From a virus (Duplodnaviria > Caudoviricetes), in IMG/VR virus record IMGVR_UViG_3300044464_000029, positions 1-63,920 of that record: 63,920 nt of DNA. One strand, written 5' to 3'. Position numbers and translations under genes: made by a program. The notes under the pieces were generated by a model. That model was given only the letters and a program-made list of their open reading frames with translations. It searched no databases and was not told where the DNA came from. Of this stretch, positions 20,550 through 31,485 are shown one piece after another (position 1 is the stretch's first letter; each line of letters begins with the position of its first letter).

Positions 20550-22991
20550 ATGTTAACTGGTGGACGAGCGGTCTCTAAAGAAAAGTATTTTGAGCATATT
20601 GGCTATAAGCCACATGAGAAGCAACAACTGTTTCATGATAGCAACGCAAGATTTAAGATTCCTGTATGCGGTAGAAGATTCGGAAAACTTCTCGATGTAA
20701 ATACAATAATTCCAACAGTTAATGGTATGATTAAGATTGGCGATTTGTCTGTTGGAGATCAAGTATTTGATGAGAATGGTTTAGTTTGTAATGTTATAGG
20801 TGTAAGTGAAATACAGCACCGCGAAGATGTATTTGAGTTAACGTTCGACGATGGCAATACATTAGTTGCACATGGTGAACATGAGTGGCTAACATATGAC
20901 AAGAAAGCTCGAAAGACACGTGATTCTGTCGATAGCTTACATGCATCTGATAGTCGTAGAAAAATTGTACCCCCCGCAGTTAGAACTACAAACGAAATTA
21001 GAAACACATTAATTGCACTAGGAGAAACCAATCACGCAATTGAGCTGACTAAGCCAATTGAGTACCCAAAGCAAGATTTGCCTATAGATCCATATTTGCT
21101 AGGTGTTTGGCTTGGTGATGGTAGCACTAATGATGGCGTAATTACCTTGCCTGATTATGACGAATGGATCTTAAGCAAGATTCAAGATCGTGGTTATGAA
21201 ATTACAAGAACACAAAGCAAAGATCGTTGTCCGCAATGGCGTGTACTTGGCTTACGAACCTTGTTAAAAGATAATTTCTTACTTGGCAACAAAAGAGTTC
21301 CAGTTGCTTACTTGTATGGTAGTGTGGAACAACGTAGAGATCTACTACATGGCTTGATGGATACAGATGGTACAGTAGGAAATAATCATGTGGATTTTGA
21401 TAATACTAATGAAAAACTTGCTGCGGTTGTTGATTACTTGATTTGCTCTCTTGGCGGTCGAGTGACTAGATCAAAGCGCATTGGTAAGCTGTATGGTGTA
21501 GAAAAGAAAATGTGTTACAGAGTGCATACCGGAAACATAATTGATGTGTTTAGTTTGCCTAGAAAATTAGAAGCCCAACAGAAATTACCATTCAGAAATC
21601 GTTATTATAGATTCATAAAATCAGTTGAGCCTGCCACACCAAGACTGATGCGTTGTATTGCTGTAGATTCTCCTTCAAATTTGTATTTAGCTGGCAAAGC
21701 TTTCATTCCAACTCACAATACATACATGGGAGCAAGAGAGGCTGAACCTCTCTTGATGGTGCCGAATAAGCACATATGGATCGTTGGGCCAACTTATGAT
21801 CTTGGAGAGAAGGAATTCCGGGTCATTTGGCAAGATATGATTGTAAAACTGGGTATGGGTCGCGAGAAGCAAATTCGTAAAGCATTCAACAAACGTGCTG
21901 GCGATATGTTTATTGAATTCCCCTGGAATACTAGAATTGAAGTGAGATCTGCCGATCGACCGGAAACTTTGGTCGGTGATGCTTTAGATTATGTAATTAT
22001 GGCAGAAGCTGCTAAGCATACTAAAGAAACCTGGGATCGTTATATTAGACCAGCGCTAGCCGACCGCAGAGGTTCCGCAACCTTCAGTACGACACCCGAG
22101 GGTCAGAATTGGATTCATGATCTGTGGCAGCTTGGTCGTAACCCACTCTTCGATGATTATGAATCGTGGAGATTTCCATCTTGGGAAAACAAAGTAGTTT
22201 ATCCTGATGGTAGAAACGATAAAGAAATAATTCTACTTGAACGAACAATGCCGCCAGAATGGTTCTTACAGGAAATTGCGGCTGATTTTACTAGCTTCAT
22301 GGGTAAGATTTACTCGGAGTGGGATGAAATAACACATGTTAGGCCACATAAATATAACCCACTCTGGAAAAATTATATAGCATTTGACTGGGGTTTCGTT
22401 AACCCAATGGCCGCAGTAGAATTTCAAGTTGATCCAATGGATCGCATTCATGTTTGGCGTTTGCATTACAAGACACATACCAGACTTGAAACATTCTTAC
22501 ACCAAATGCAAGACAGAGAACAGCCTGAAGGTTATAAAATTGATCTTTGTTTCGGAGATGCTGCGGATCCTGAAGCAGTAGCAACAGTGTGCGCAAGGTT
22601 CGCTCCTTGCATTGCTGATCCGCTTTCAAAGTCAAATTGGCGAGAAGGCATAGATTTAGTAAAAAGTTTTCTCTCGACCCGTACCGTAGGGTACCTCGAC
22701 GAATTCGAAACACCGCTAGACGAGCCATGGCTATTTGTAGACCCTGCCTGTGGGGATTTGATCCGCGAGTTCAATAACTACCGGGCGGTTGCACCTAGTT
22801 CAGGTAAGCCGAGAAACCCGAGAGAAGACGCCCAGAAGTATGATGACCACGCACTAGACGCATTGCGCTACGCTTTAATGCATATTTTCAAACTTGGTGC
22901 AACCATGAGCTTGAGTGAAGTTATGATGGATCAGATAATGGAAGATAAACCAGCCACAGGTTACTTTACCTCAAATAAGGAATTTGTGTGA
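20550..22991 (+). CDS. terL: Terminase large subunit with intein
   Basis: Walker A CGRRFGK/T split by intein; TTPEG coupling motif; nuclease DWGF and DDHALDALRY motifs. Confidence 0.93.
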   Translation: MLTGGRAVSKEKYFEHIGYKPHEKQQLFHDSNARFKIPVCGRRFGKLLDVNTIIPTVNGMIKIGDLSVGDQVFDENGLVCNVIGVSEIQHREDVFELTFDDGNTLVAHGEHEWLTYDKKARKTRDSVDSLHASDSRRKIVPPAVRTTNEIRNTLIALGETNHAIELTKPIEYPKQDLPIDPYLLGVWLGDGSTNDGVITLPDYDEWILSKIQDRGYEITRTQSKDRCPQWRVLGLRTLLKDNFLLGNKRVPVAYLYGSVEQRRDLLHGLMDTDGTVGNNHVDFDNTNEKLAAVVDYLICSLGGRVTRSKRIGKLYGVEKKMCYRVHTGNIIDVFSLPRKLEAQQKLPFRNRYYRFIKSVEPATPRLMRCIAVDSPSNLYLAGKAFIPTHNTYMGAREAEPLLMVPNKHIWIVGPTYDLGEKEFRVIWQDMIVKLGMGREKQIRKAFNKRAGDMFIEFPWNTRIEVRSADRPETLVGDALDYVIMAEAAKHTKETWDRYIRPALADRRGSATFSTTPEGQNWIHDLWQLGRNPLFDDYESWRFPSWENKVVYPDGRNDKEIILLERTMPPEWFLQEIAADFTSFMGKIYSEWDEITHVRPHKYNPLWKNYIAFDWGFVNPMAAVEFQVDPMDRIHVWRLHYKTHTRLETFLHQMQDREQPEGYKIDLCFGDAADPEAVATVCARFAPCIADPLSKSNWREGIDLVKSFLSTRTVGYLDEFETPLDEPWLFVDPACGDLIREFNNYRAVAPSSGKPRNPREDAQKYDDHALDALRYALMHIFKLGATMSLSEVMMDQIMEDKPATGYFTSNKEFV
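20688..21719 (+). mobile_element. Class 3 intein with LAGLIDADG endonuclease (344 aa), Leu at position 1
   Basis: LLDVNT...; W in HEWLT, C in MRCIAV, T in THN; +1 Thr; LGVWLGDG and GLMDTDG motifs. Confidence 0.88.
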
Positions 22992-23126
22992 AAAAATATA
23001 CGCTCGATGGTGCAGAGATTACTGAGAATTACATTAAATGTGGAATTAATGGTTGTATTAGACATTACCTGCATAATCGATTTGGTACTCAGCATTGGAC
23101 CAAAGACGATTTGGTGGTGAAAGAAG

Positions 23127-23483
23127 ATGCGTTGTCCACGACGAATCGAGAATCCTAGCTCGGTTTGGCGTTATCCTGAAGATGATCACTGGCGTGATGA
23201 TGATACGTGTTCCTACTGTGGGTGTTATAATCCAGATTTACTTCTGGAAGCGATACGTAGCAATATGGTTGAGTTAGGACCCACAGATAAGAACTACAAA
23301 GTGTATTTGAAGTTTGAAGCTAATCGTGAAAAGAAGTTTTATTTTCAGCACTTCTCAGTTGAACAACAAAAAGAATTCATTTTATTGTTGAATTTAAAAG
23401 AAGCTGGTTTTTCAAAAATAAGGTTTGGTTATCCTGGTCATTTTTATGTCTTACCGTATTTTGCTAGCAAGGAAGGAGGGTAA
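23127..23483 (+). CDS. Hypothetical Cys-containing protein between terL and portal
   Basis: 118-aa ORF with CSYCG. Confidence 0.7.
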   Translation: MRCPRRIENPSSVWRYPEDDHWRDDDTCSYCGCYNPDLLLEAIRSNMVELGPTDKNYKVYLKFEANREKKFYFQHFSVEQQKEFILLLNLKEAGFSKIRFGYPGHFYVLPYFASKEGG

Positions 23484-23484
23484 G

Positions 23485-24999
23485 ATGACATCGCCAGAGG
23501 AACCTGAAGACATCATTAATGCAATAGAGCAGCAGCATGCGGAACGTCAGCGCTCATTCAGCGAATATATGTCTAAGTACGATACTGTCAATGCGGTATA
23601 TGATCCCGTGCACGGTTCATATGTTATCATGGCAGAACGTGATCCAAAGCTTGGATTAGATACTGCGTTTACTGAAATGGGTTACGCTTCACTATCTCCG
23701 TTTACATCTTGGACACGTGATGAGCGTGTAGGTGAGCTTAGAGATAAGCAAGGTATTCGTAAATATTATGACATGAAGCGAGCAGATGGTACTGTTCGTG
23801 GTGCATTAAGACTGGTTAAGACACCAGTGATGGCCGCTCGTTGGTTTATCGAACCAGCTAGTGATTCTGCAATTGACAAAAACATTGCCAAATTTGTAGA
23901 AGAGAACCTGTTTGAAGGGCTTAACATGCCTTTCGAACGTGTTCTTGAAGATGCTCTGCTCATGTGTGAATATGGTTATATGCCACTAGAAAAGGTCTAT
24001 GCTCTAAGTTCTGATGGCAAAATTGTTCTAAAGAAGTTGGCTCCACGGCATCCATTGGATATCCAGGAATGGTTATTCGATATGGAAGGTGGTCCTAACG
24101 GAATTATTATGGATGCAACTGAAGCTAACGGTTGGAATGCTTCTGCAATTCCAATTGAGAAGCTAGTTGTATTCACATTAGAGCAAGAAGCTGGCGACAT
24201 TCGTGGTATTTCCTTGTTAAGAAGTGCTTATAAGCACTATTATTACAAGGACACGCTCTATAAGATCGATGCAATTCAGAAAGAACGTCATGGTATTGGT
24301 ATTCCGATCATCAAGATGCCATTAGGCTATACAGCTGATGACAAAAGGCTCGCAGAAGATCTCGGCCGTAATCTTAGAACCAACGAGCGTGCACACATTA
24401 CTGTTCCAATGAACTGGGAGGTAGCATTTGCAAAGCTAGAAGGACAACCAGTAGATTGTCTACCGTCAATCAAGCACCACAATGATCAGATCATGGGAAA
24501 CATTCTTGCACCATTCTACAATGATCCAGGTGCTAAAGAAGATTCCATGACGATGTTCTACAAAGCCACTAGATACATTGCATCAACTATTGCTGGTACA
24601 TTCAATCGCTATGTTATTAAGCAGCTAGTTGATTTCAATTATTCCCGTGGAAAATACCCAATATTAAGAGCACGTCGTATCGGTGAAAATGAAGATCTAC
24701 GTACATGGTCGTTTGCTTTCCGTAACTTGGTTGGTACCGACGCAATTAGACCTGATGCACCGTTAGAAGCATTCTTACGTAAAGAACTCGATTTACCGCC
24801 AGCAGATCCAACAACTGTCCGTTTACGACCAACACCACAGGCACCAGGTGGCGGATCTGCTGACTCTCCTGGTAATACAACAAACCCAGCAGCTAATGTT
24901 GGACCACCAAAAATTGGTCCACCTAGACAAAAAACTACTCCTCCAGTTGGCACTCCAAAAGGTAATTCAGGTACCGACCGTTCTGGCGGAGGTAAGTAA
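23485..24999 (+). CDS. Portal protein (DUF935/Mu gp29-like)
   Basis: Position; YGYMPLEKVY, GISLLRSAY and ERHGIGIP motifs; GGAGG before ATG 23485. Confidence 0.85.
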   Translation: MTSPEEPEDIINAIEQQHAERQRSFSEYMSKYDTVNAVYDPVHGSYVIMAERDPKLGLDTAFTEMGYASLSPFTSWTRDERVGELRDKQGIRKYYDMKRADGTVRGALRLVKTPVMAARWFIEPASDSAIDKNIAKFVEENLFEGLNMPFERVLEDALLMCEYGYMPLEKVYALSSDGKIVLKKLAPRHPLDIQEWLFDMEGGPNGIIMDATEANGWNASAIPIEKLVVFTLEQEAGDIRGISLLRSAYKHYYYKDTLYKIDAIQKERHGIGIPIIKMPLGYTADDKRLAEDLGRNLRTNERAHITVPMNWEVAFAKLEGQPVDCLPSIKHHNDQIMGNILAPFYNDPGAKEDSMTMFYKATRYIASTIAGTFNRYVIKQLVDFNYSRGKYPILRARRIGENEDLRTWSFAFRNLVGTDAIRPDAPLEAFLRKELDLPPADPTTVRLRPTPQAPGGGSADSPGNTTNPAANVGPPKIGPPRQKTTPPVGTPKGNSGTDRSGGGK

Positions 25000-25020
25000 T
25001 ATGCGGAAAGGAGCAATATA

Positions 25021-25296
25021 ATGAGACCTGAACCGCCTACTTCTGTTCGTCAACGTAGGCTAACAGAACTAAAAGGCGAATCTTTGCAGACGGTCCGTCA
25101 GAAAACTATCATTGAGATGTCTGACCGGATGGTTAGAGGTTTCAAGAAAAACGCACAGAGGATTGCATCCAAGCAAGACATGCCTTACGATAGAGCTGCC
25201 GCTATCCTGGCTGCGGCTGCCCGCAAGGCGTCACCGGCGGCAAGACGCAAAAATCCTAACCTGAATAAGGTTAAGGGAAAAGGTGATAATAAATGA
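25021..25296 (+). CDS. Small basic hypothetical protein
   Basis: ORF between portal and protease. Confidence 0.6.
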   Translation: MRPEPPTSVRQRRLTELKGESLQTVRQKTIIEMSDRMVRGFKKNAQRIASKQDMPYDRAAAILAAAARKASPAARRKNPNLNKVKGKGDNK

Positions 25297-26414
25297 CGCT
25301 AGCTAGCTACTTGGTAGACGTAACAGGATTAGCGTTCGATGAACAAAATGGCGGAAAATCCACTTGGGTTCATGCGTTGCCTGTGGGGTCTTTCAAGCAC
25401 CCAATGTACGGCACCATCGATGTTAATTCTGATCGTGCAAAGCGATTTGCCGATGGTGTAAACAGTAAGGTACGTGGTATTGATCTTAGTATCAACTTCG
25501 TACACAACAACAATGATGTTGCCGCAGGTTGGGCCAAGAAGGCTGAAGCTCGCTCCGATGGAGTTTGGCTTTTTGTTGAATGGACCGATGATGCAGCACA
25601 GCAAATCAAAGAAAAGAAGTGGCGCTACTTCTCTTCCGAGTTTGAGGATGAGTGGGAAGACCCACAAGGTGCTAAGCACAAGGATGTCATGTTTGGCGGA
25701 GCACTAACTAACCGTCCATTCATGAAGAACTTAGTGCCAATTAATTTATCTGAAGCAGTATACGACAATGCATTTGAACTTGTCGCTGCTGTTCAGGGTG
25801 TTCCCGTCGACTCCTTGAAGGGGGGTAATACAGTGCCATTAAGCGAAGACGACCTTAAGAAGATCGTTGAAGGTGTATCAACAAAGCTGGCTGAGAACAA
25901 GGTAGCAAACCCGGATTCTACAGTTAAGAGACTAACCGAGATCCCGGAGCTGAAGGAACTAGCAGACGCAAACCCGCTAGTTAAGCTTCTAATCAGCCAG
26001 GTTGAAGCACAGAACATTGGAATCGCAACTAGTGCAAAGCAGCTTAAGGAAGCTGACATTGAGCGCAAGCTGGCAGATTTCGATCGTTCCAAGGTTATTC
26101 TAACACCAGTTGCACGTAAGCTTGCTTTTACTCTTGCGGAAGCAATTCCAGATGAGCTATCTGAGGCATTCTGGCAGTTGCTGACAGAAATGAAGAAGGG
26201 CACTTCGTTCCTGGTAGAACTTGGTGAGCGTGCTGGTGCAACTGTAAACTACGGTTCACACAAGACAGCGCATGCAATTCTTACTGAAGCTGCTGGTAAG
26301 ATTCGTAGCGAACGCAAGGATCTCACTGAGACCGATGCATTCGAAGCTGCTGTATCAGAAAACCCAGCTCTATATGCCCGTTATCGTCACGAGCTATTAG
26401 AAGGGGTTAAGTAA
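25293..26414 (+). CDS. Capsid maturation protease with scaffold region (Mu I-like)
   Basis: AAGW, VEWT, WRYFSSEF and GGALTNRPF motifs; helical C-terminus. Confidence 0.85.
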   Translation: MTLASYLVDVTGLAFDEQNGGKSTWVHALPVGSFKHPMYGTIDVNSDRAKRFADGVNSKVRGIDLSINFVHNNNDVAAGWAKKAEARSDGVWLFVEWTDDAAQQIKEKKWRYFSSEFEDEWEDPQGAKHKDVMFGGALTNRPFMKNLVPINLSEAVYDNAFELVAAVQGVPVDSLKGGNTVPLSEDDLKKIVEGVSTKLAENKVANPDSTVKRLTEIPELKELADANPLVKLLISQVEAQNIGIATSAKQLKEADIERKLADFDRSKVILTPVARKLAFTLAEAIPDELSEAFWQLLTEMKKGTSFLVELGERAGATVNYGSHKTAHAILTEAAGKIRSERKDLTETDAFEAAVSENPALYARYRHELLEGVK

Positions 26415-26849
26415 ATGGCTGGTACTGGCGCAAATACGGTCCTGGACAAGGCTCTTCCAGTCCTTGCGACATATAACTCTTCAGCAGCAGCAGGCGTACT
26501 TGCCAATCGGTTCGTTAAGTTTGGCGCTACCGCTGGAACTATTGATCTGAATGCAGCTACAACCACTCGTTCCATCGGTGTTGTTATGGAAAACATCGAT
26601 GCTACCAAGGTTGCGACTGGCAAGGCCACTGCTGATGTAAGAATGATGGGTATTGCTACTGTTATAGTTACAACAGCAACGTCTATTGTACTTGGTAGTC
26701 TTGTTATGTCATCATCAACTGGTGGTGCAGTTCTAGCTGCAACTACAGGCAACATACCTCTAGGTGTGGTTGTAGGCATTACTGGAACAATCACTGCTGG
26801 TGACTTAATTCAGGTTCTTCTTACCCCTGGCCTGCCGGCGATCCCATAA
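26415..26849 (+). CDS. Capsid decoration/cement protein (DUF2190-like)
   Basis: Ala/Gly/Thr-rich, ends AGDLIQVLL; sits between protease and capsid genes. Confidence 0.7.
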   Translation: MAGTGANTVLDKALPVLATYNSSAAAGVLANRFVKFGATAGTIDLNAATTTRSIGVVMENIDATKVATGKATADVRMMGIATVIVTTATSIVLGSLVMSSSTGGAVLAATTGNIPLGVVVGITGTITAGDLIQVLLTPGLPAIP

Positions 26850-27148
26850 TGGTAATGTTTCTAGAACGCAAAACCAGGGTGGCTGCTATACAGTGGACAG
26901 GATCGAATCTATCTGAAATAGAAGATTTTGTAGATCTTTTACCTAAGTTAGATTCGTTCTATGATATTTTCACTGGTATATCAGTTACAAACGCTGGATC
27001 TGATGTTACAATCTCATGGAGCGGTGGAACAAAGACTGCTTCACAGGATTGGTGGATAACTGAAGGTCTTCGCACTGGTAGTATAGCTAGTCTCGTTGAT
27101 GTTCTTGATGGTGATGGCGTAAAGCTATATCGTCAAGTTACTCCGTAA
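26849..27148 (+). CDS. Hypothetical protein (AIQWTG family; related start in 45174-45425)
   Basis: RKTRVAAIQWTGSN vs KKPEIVNAVQWDPQN. Confidence 0.6.
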   Translation: MVMFLERKTRVAAIQWTGSNLSEIEDFVDLLPKLDSFYDIFTGISVTNAGSDVTISWSGGTKTASQDWWITEGLRTGSIASLVDVLDGDGVKLYRQVTP

Positions 27149-27170
27149 TTTGAAGGGAGTGAAAAGATAA

Positions 27171-28142
27171 ATGGCGGCTTATAATCCATCTGGATCTGGT
27201 GGCGTTCATACTGACCAGGTGCTTACCAACATCAGTATTGGATGGCCGAACAACGGCTTAGTTGGGGAGAAGTTACTTCCTAGCGTACCAGTTCGGAAGC
27301 AGTCCGACAAGTACTACATTTTCGGCCGTGAAGGCTGGCTTCCAGAGGATGATGCACGTGCGCCTGGTACAGTAGCCAACGAAGTTGCTGGTCTTGCTGT
27401 ATCAACTGACACGTACTTTGCACGTGAACACTCTCTTCAGATTGCAGTTACTGATGAAGAGCGCGAGAATGTTGATTCTCCGCTAGCACCAGACCGCGAT
27501 GCAACTGAGATGATTACGTCTAAGATCATGCTTGGTCGTGAAGTTGCGATTAAGACTCTGGTCACGACAGCAGCCAACTACAACGCTGGTAACACGGCTA
27601 CACTAGCTGGTGCAGCACAGTGGAACTCTGCCAACTATGCTACGTCAGATCCGATTTCGGATTTGCGTACTGGTAAGGCTGCGGTTCACGCTAAGATCTT
27701 CATGGAGCCGAATACTCTGGTGATTCCTTACCAGGTTATGACAGCTCTGGAAGATCACCCAGACTTCCTAGAACGAATCAAGTACTCGGAGCGAGCAATT
27801 TTCTCTCCCGAGCTCCTTGCGTCAGTTCTTGGATTCAGCACAGTTGTTGTTCCAGGTGTAGGATACAACTCAGCTAACCCTGGGGCAACTCCTACGCTTG
27901 GTTACCTGTGGGGTAAGGATGTTGTAATGGCTTGGGTGCCACCGCGTCCAGGTCTAAAGATTCCTGCCTTTGGTTACGAGTTCACATGGGGAACTCAGTA
28001 TGTTGACCGTTGGCGTGAGGAACCACGTAAGTCTGATGTTATTAGGGCTGCGCGGCGTTATGACCTCAAGCTAACCGCACTAGACTCAGCAACGCCAGGT
28101 CTAGCTATTGCCGGTTACCTTATCAAAGCTGCAATCGCTTAA
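27171..28142 (+). CDS. Major capsid protein
   Basis: Size, position, DQVLTNISIG N-terminus, strong codon bias. Confidence 0.88.
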   Translation: MAAYNPSGSGGVHTDQVLTNISIGWPNNGLVGEKLLPSVPVRKQSDKYYIFGREGWLPEDDARAPGTVANEVAGLAVSTDTYFAREHSLQIAVTDEERENVDSPLAPDRDATEMITSKIMLGREVAIKTLVTTAANYNAGNTATLAGAAQWNSANYATSDPISDLRTGKAAVHAKIFMEPNTLVIPYQVMTALEDHPDFLERIKYSERAIFSPELLASVLGFSTVVVPGVGYNSANPGATPTLGYLWGKDVVMAWVPPRPGLKIPAFGYEFTWGTQYVDRWREEPRKSDVIRAARRYDLKLTALDSATPGLAIAGYLIKAAIA

Positions 28143-28157
28143 TAAGGGAGAGTCAAA

Positions 28158-28400
28158 ATGGCAAAGAAGATTTTTGCTGTTACCAATGTAAAAGTTGGTA
28201 GTGGTCCAGGAGAGTTTGTTGCTGCTGGTGATGAAATTGATTCAAATCTACCGGCTTTTGATCGAAAGACGCTACTCGAACTACATAGTCAAGGTGCTAT
28301 TGAGATTCGTGTAGTGGAAGAAGAGCCAGTTGCAGATGGATCTGTAGAGACACCAGATGGAAAAGGTCCAACTTCTTCAGAAACTGGTGCCAACGAGTAG
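28158..28400 (+). CDS. Small acidic head-associated protein
   Basis: Directly follows the capsid gene, with RBS. Confidence 0.6.
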   Translation: MAKKIFAVTNVKVGSGPGEFVAAGDEIDSNLPAFDRKTLLELHSQGAIEIRVVEEEPVADGSVETPDGKGPTSSETGANE

Positions 28401-28418
28401 TAAAGAAACCGAGGAGTA

Positions 28419-28871
28419 ATGGCTCGTATTACTCCAAGTGATGCACAAGGTTGGGCAGAGTCGACAAAACTGACTGTGTCCAACCTTGACGCATCATTAT
28501 TGGAACAAATAGAAGCAGAGATTATAGGTCGACTAAATAGCTTATTTACTACAACTGGCTGGATAGATCCATCAACCACGCCAGTTTTAGTTAAAGTTAT
28601 TATTGCTAAGACGTATGTTTCATGGGTATACGATAGACAATATAGCGAAAATCAAACCGAGGGCAATGATTATGCAGCACTGCTGCGACAAAATGCCGAA
28701 ATGCTAATGACAGGTTTGATTGATGGCACCATAGACATCCCTGGGGAAACTCCGGTGGGTGCTGGGGCAGGACCGAGCTTCTATCCTAATGATGCTTCTT
28801 CGGCTCAATGTCCTACATCAGATGATATGTCGCTAGGGCCAGCCAAATTCTCAATGAATCAACGGTTCTGA
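28419..28871 (+). CDS. Head-to-tail adaptor
   Basis: Synteny; Mu gp36-like length and helical pattern. Confidence 0.65.
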   Translation: MARITPSDAQGWAESTKLTVSNLDASLLEQIEAEIIGRLNSLFTTTGWIDPSTTPVLVKVIIAKTYVSWVYDRQYSENQTEGNDYAALLRQNAEMLMTGLIDGTIDIPGETPVGAGAGPSFYPNDASSAQCPTSDDMSLGPAKFSMNQRF

Positions 28872-28872
28872 A

Positions 28873-29454
28873 ATGGCTATTTTACGTAGCATCAGTGGTG
28901 CTGGCAATGGTATGCAAATCGGCAATCCATTCAGCTTTGGTGCAGGCAGTTTTGTTAGACAAGCCTATATTGATGCTACTGACATTGATAAATTAAGTTC
29001 AAGTGTAAAAAGCTTTCGTGAACCACTTACTTTATCATTGAATGCGGTTGTACAGCCAGCTATTGTATCCAATTTTGCTGACCAAGGTAGACCTAGATGG
29101 ACACCATTAGCAGCGACAACGTTAGCTAGTCGTAATCCTCAAAAAACTACTAAGAAAAATGCAAAAACGAAATCTAGTGGAAATAGGATACTAGATAGAA
29201 CAGGTAGATTAAAAAACATTGCAACACAAAAGAATCTATGGGAAATCAAAGACGATCAACTAACCTTCAGAGTCAACTTCTTCACTCAAAAAGTTATCTA
29301 TGGTGCATTCCATCAACTTGGTACTAGAAACATGCCAGCTCGTCCTTTTATTAGTATGACAGAAAAAGACGAAGATGATGTAGAAGATATCTTTGAGCTT
29401 TGGCTCCAAACTAGAATGGAAAAATATTGGGGAAGGAGTGGCACTGGTGAGTAA
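28873..29454 (+). CDS. Virion morphogenesis/tail completion protein
   Basis: WTPLA, ILDRTGRL and YGAFHQLGTRNMPARPF motifs. Confidence 0.8.
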   Translation: MAILRSISGAGNGMQIGNPFSFGAGSFVRQAYIDATDIDKLSSSVKSFREPLTLSLNAVVQPAIVSNFADQGRPRWTPLAATTLASRNPQKTTKKNAKTKSSGNRILDRTGRLKNIATQKNLWEIKDDQLTFRVNFFTQKVIYGAFHQLGTRNMPARPFISMTEKDEDDVEDIFELWLQTRMEKYWGRSGTGE

Positions 29455-29908
29455 TCCACATACAGATAATGACACAGTTGTTGCTCAAGCTATCTTTGAT
29501 TTAATTGAAGCGAACAAAGTGGATTTAGCTCTTGATGATGTTCTGTGGGGTAATCAAGAAATGATACCTCGCGCTTCCGCTGCAATAGTGATACCATTGG
29601 GCAAGCGGAGAGTACTAGCTGGAGTTACCGCTCCGGGTGGTAGAACCGAAAATACTTTGTTGGTGACAATTGAAATAAGTAGAAGCAAGGTTGGCACTGA
29701 AGCGGTAGAAAGAAAAGCAGTAGATGATACTGGTACGGCCATTGAATTATTAATTCATTCAGATACTACTCTTGGTGGAATAGTAATTCATGGGTTTGTG
29801 GAACAAACAGATCGTGGTGAAGTAACTATTACATCTGGTCAGTACAGAACGGTAAGATTGATGTACGCTGCGCGTACTAAGACATATCTTAGTGTTCCAA
29901 CAGCTTAG
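29447..29908 (+). CDS. Tail terminator
   Basis: Synteny; DTTLGG motif; GTG at 29447 after AAGGAG. Confidence 0.6.
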   Translation: MSNPHTDNDTVVAQAIFDLIEANKVDLALDDVLWGNQEMIPRASAAIVIPLGKRRVLAGVTAPGGRTENTLLVTIEISRSKVGTEAVERKAVDDTGTAIELLIHSDTTLGGIVIHGFVEQTDRGEVTITSGQYRTVRLMYAARTKTYLSVPTA

Positions 29909-30103
29909 GAGTGCCATGTACTTCGAAGTCGAATCGGACAGGGATGTCACTGTTAATGCCATTGGGCTTCTAGAGGCAGGCGTTCCTGTAAGAATAGATG
30001 ATAACACACGAACATTGTTCACACGTGAACATGGTGTAGATATCACACAAGCAAATTTCCCAACCTTTGTTCAAGTAACTGCTGTGGTGGAGGAGGATAA
30101 CTA

Positions 30104-31366
30104 ATGAGCATCGGTATTGGTGCTGCTGGCATAGCCGGCATTGCTGTAGAACAGTTAACACCTCCAGTATTAGCAGGATCTGCCACTGCTGGTGGTGCTC
30201 TAACTGCTGGTGTGTATAAGTACTATGTAACCGCAATAAATGCTAATGGTGAAACTACCGTTAGCAATGAAATTACTGTTACTACTTCTGCCGGTGACCT
30301 AACTGCTGCATTAACTTGGGCTACGGTTACCGGTGCTACAGGTTATAAAGTATATAGAACAGCCGCTGCTGGTGCAACTGATACAGAATTACTACGAGCA
30401 ACACTTGGTGTTGTTCTTCTATACAACGATACAGCAGTAGGTGCTCCGGCTGGTGCTTTTCCAACTACAAATACAGCGGAAGCTCCTGGTACTTACGTAG
30501 CACCAACTAAGTTTTTCCCATTCAACAGTGAATCGATTAGCTCAACCAACGAAACGATTTGGCGTAGACCAATTCGTCAATCAGCTGATATCATCGGTGC
30601 TGTTGCTGGTAACTATCACGCTGAAGGCGATCTTGAACTTGAATCGCTTGAAGATGTTGTTATCTACTTCCTGTGGGCCTCTCGTACGACCGTAGTGCGA
30701 ACAGGTACAACTCCAAACTGGATTTATACAATTACACCTACATCAGCAGCTACGGCAAATAAAACCTTCTCGTTGACGATTGTCCGTAATGGTATTGTGT
30801 TTGGTTATGTTGGTATTGTTACATCCAGTTTCAAGTTTGGTATTGATAGTGGATTGCTTACTTTCGGCGTAACTCTAATGGGTACGGATGAAGCAGTGCA
30901 ATCACTACCTACACCGACTTGGCCAACTACTGTTCCATTTGGTGCTGGATCTTACACTGTCGAAGTACCCACAGGATCAACCGTACTAGACACAGATACA
31001 TTTGAATTCTCGGTAGAGGATAACGCTGAAGCACAGTTCAGACTTAAGTCTACCGGACGTGGAGCACAGTTCATTAAGTATGGTGAGCGAAACTCAACTC
31101 TGAACATGGAACGTGACTTCGAATCTCGTACTGATTACGATGCATTCAAGGCTGTTACTTCTCAAAGCGTAACATTAACTGCATCTAAGGGAGCTAACAA
31201 CTCCATATCTATTCTGGCACCGGTAGCGATCAAAGACACATTCGAAGTAAATAATGGTGGACAAGGTGACCTGGTTCGTGCGACAATTGCTTACCAGAAC
31301 ATCATTGATGGTACAGGCAAGTCTTGGCAAATCACAATCAAGACACAGGAAACAATCATTCCATAG
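30104..31366 (+). CDS. Major tail tube protein with FN3-like insertion
   Basis: Synteny; GIAVEQ...YVAPTKFFPFNSES tube N-terminus interrupted by a beta module. Confidence 0.8.
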   Translation: MSIGIGAAGIAGIAVEQLTPPVLAGSATAGGALTAGVYKYYVTAINANGETTVSNEITVTTSAGDLTAALTWATVTGATGYKVYRTAAAGATDTELLRATLGVVLLYNDTAVGAPAGAFPTTNTAEAPGTYVAPTKFFPFNSESISSTNETIWRRPIRQSADIIGAVAGNYHAEGDLELESLEDVVIYFLWASRTTVVRTGTTPNWIYTITPTSAATANKTFSLTIVRNGIVFGYVGIVTSSFKFGIDSGLLTFGVTLMGTDEAVQSLPTPTWPTTVPFGAGSYTVEVPTGSTVLDTDTFEFSVEDNAEAQFRLKSTGRGAQFIKYGERNSTLNMERDFESRTDYDAFKAVTSQSVTLTASKGANNSISILAPVAIKDTFEVNNGGQGDLVRATIAYQNIIDGTGKSWQITIKTQETIIP

Positions 31367-31485
31367 GATGTTAAATGGGTTGGCATGCTATATATGAATT
31401 GCTGATCTTTCAAACAAAAATTTTTATACCGTTTTTAGTTGGCTACCTATATGCCAAATCCAAGTTTCAATACAGGAGTTATAAC

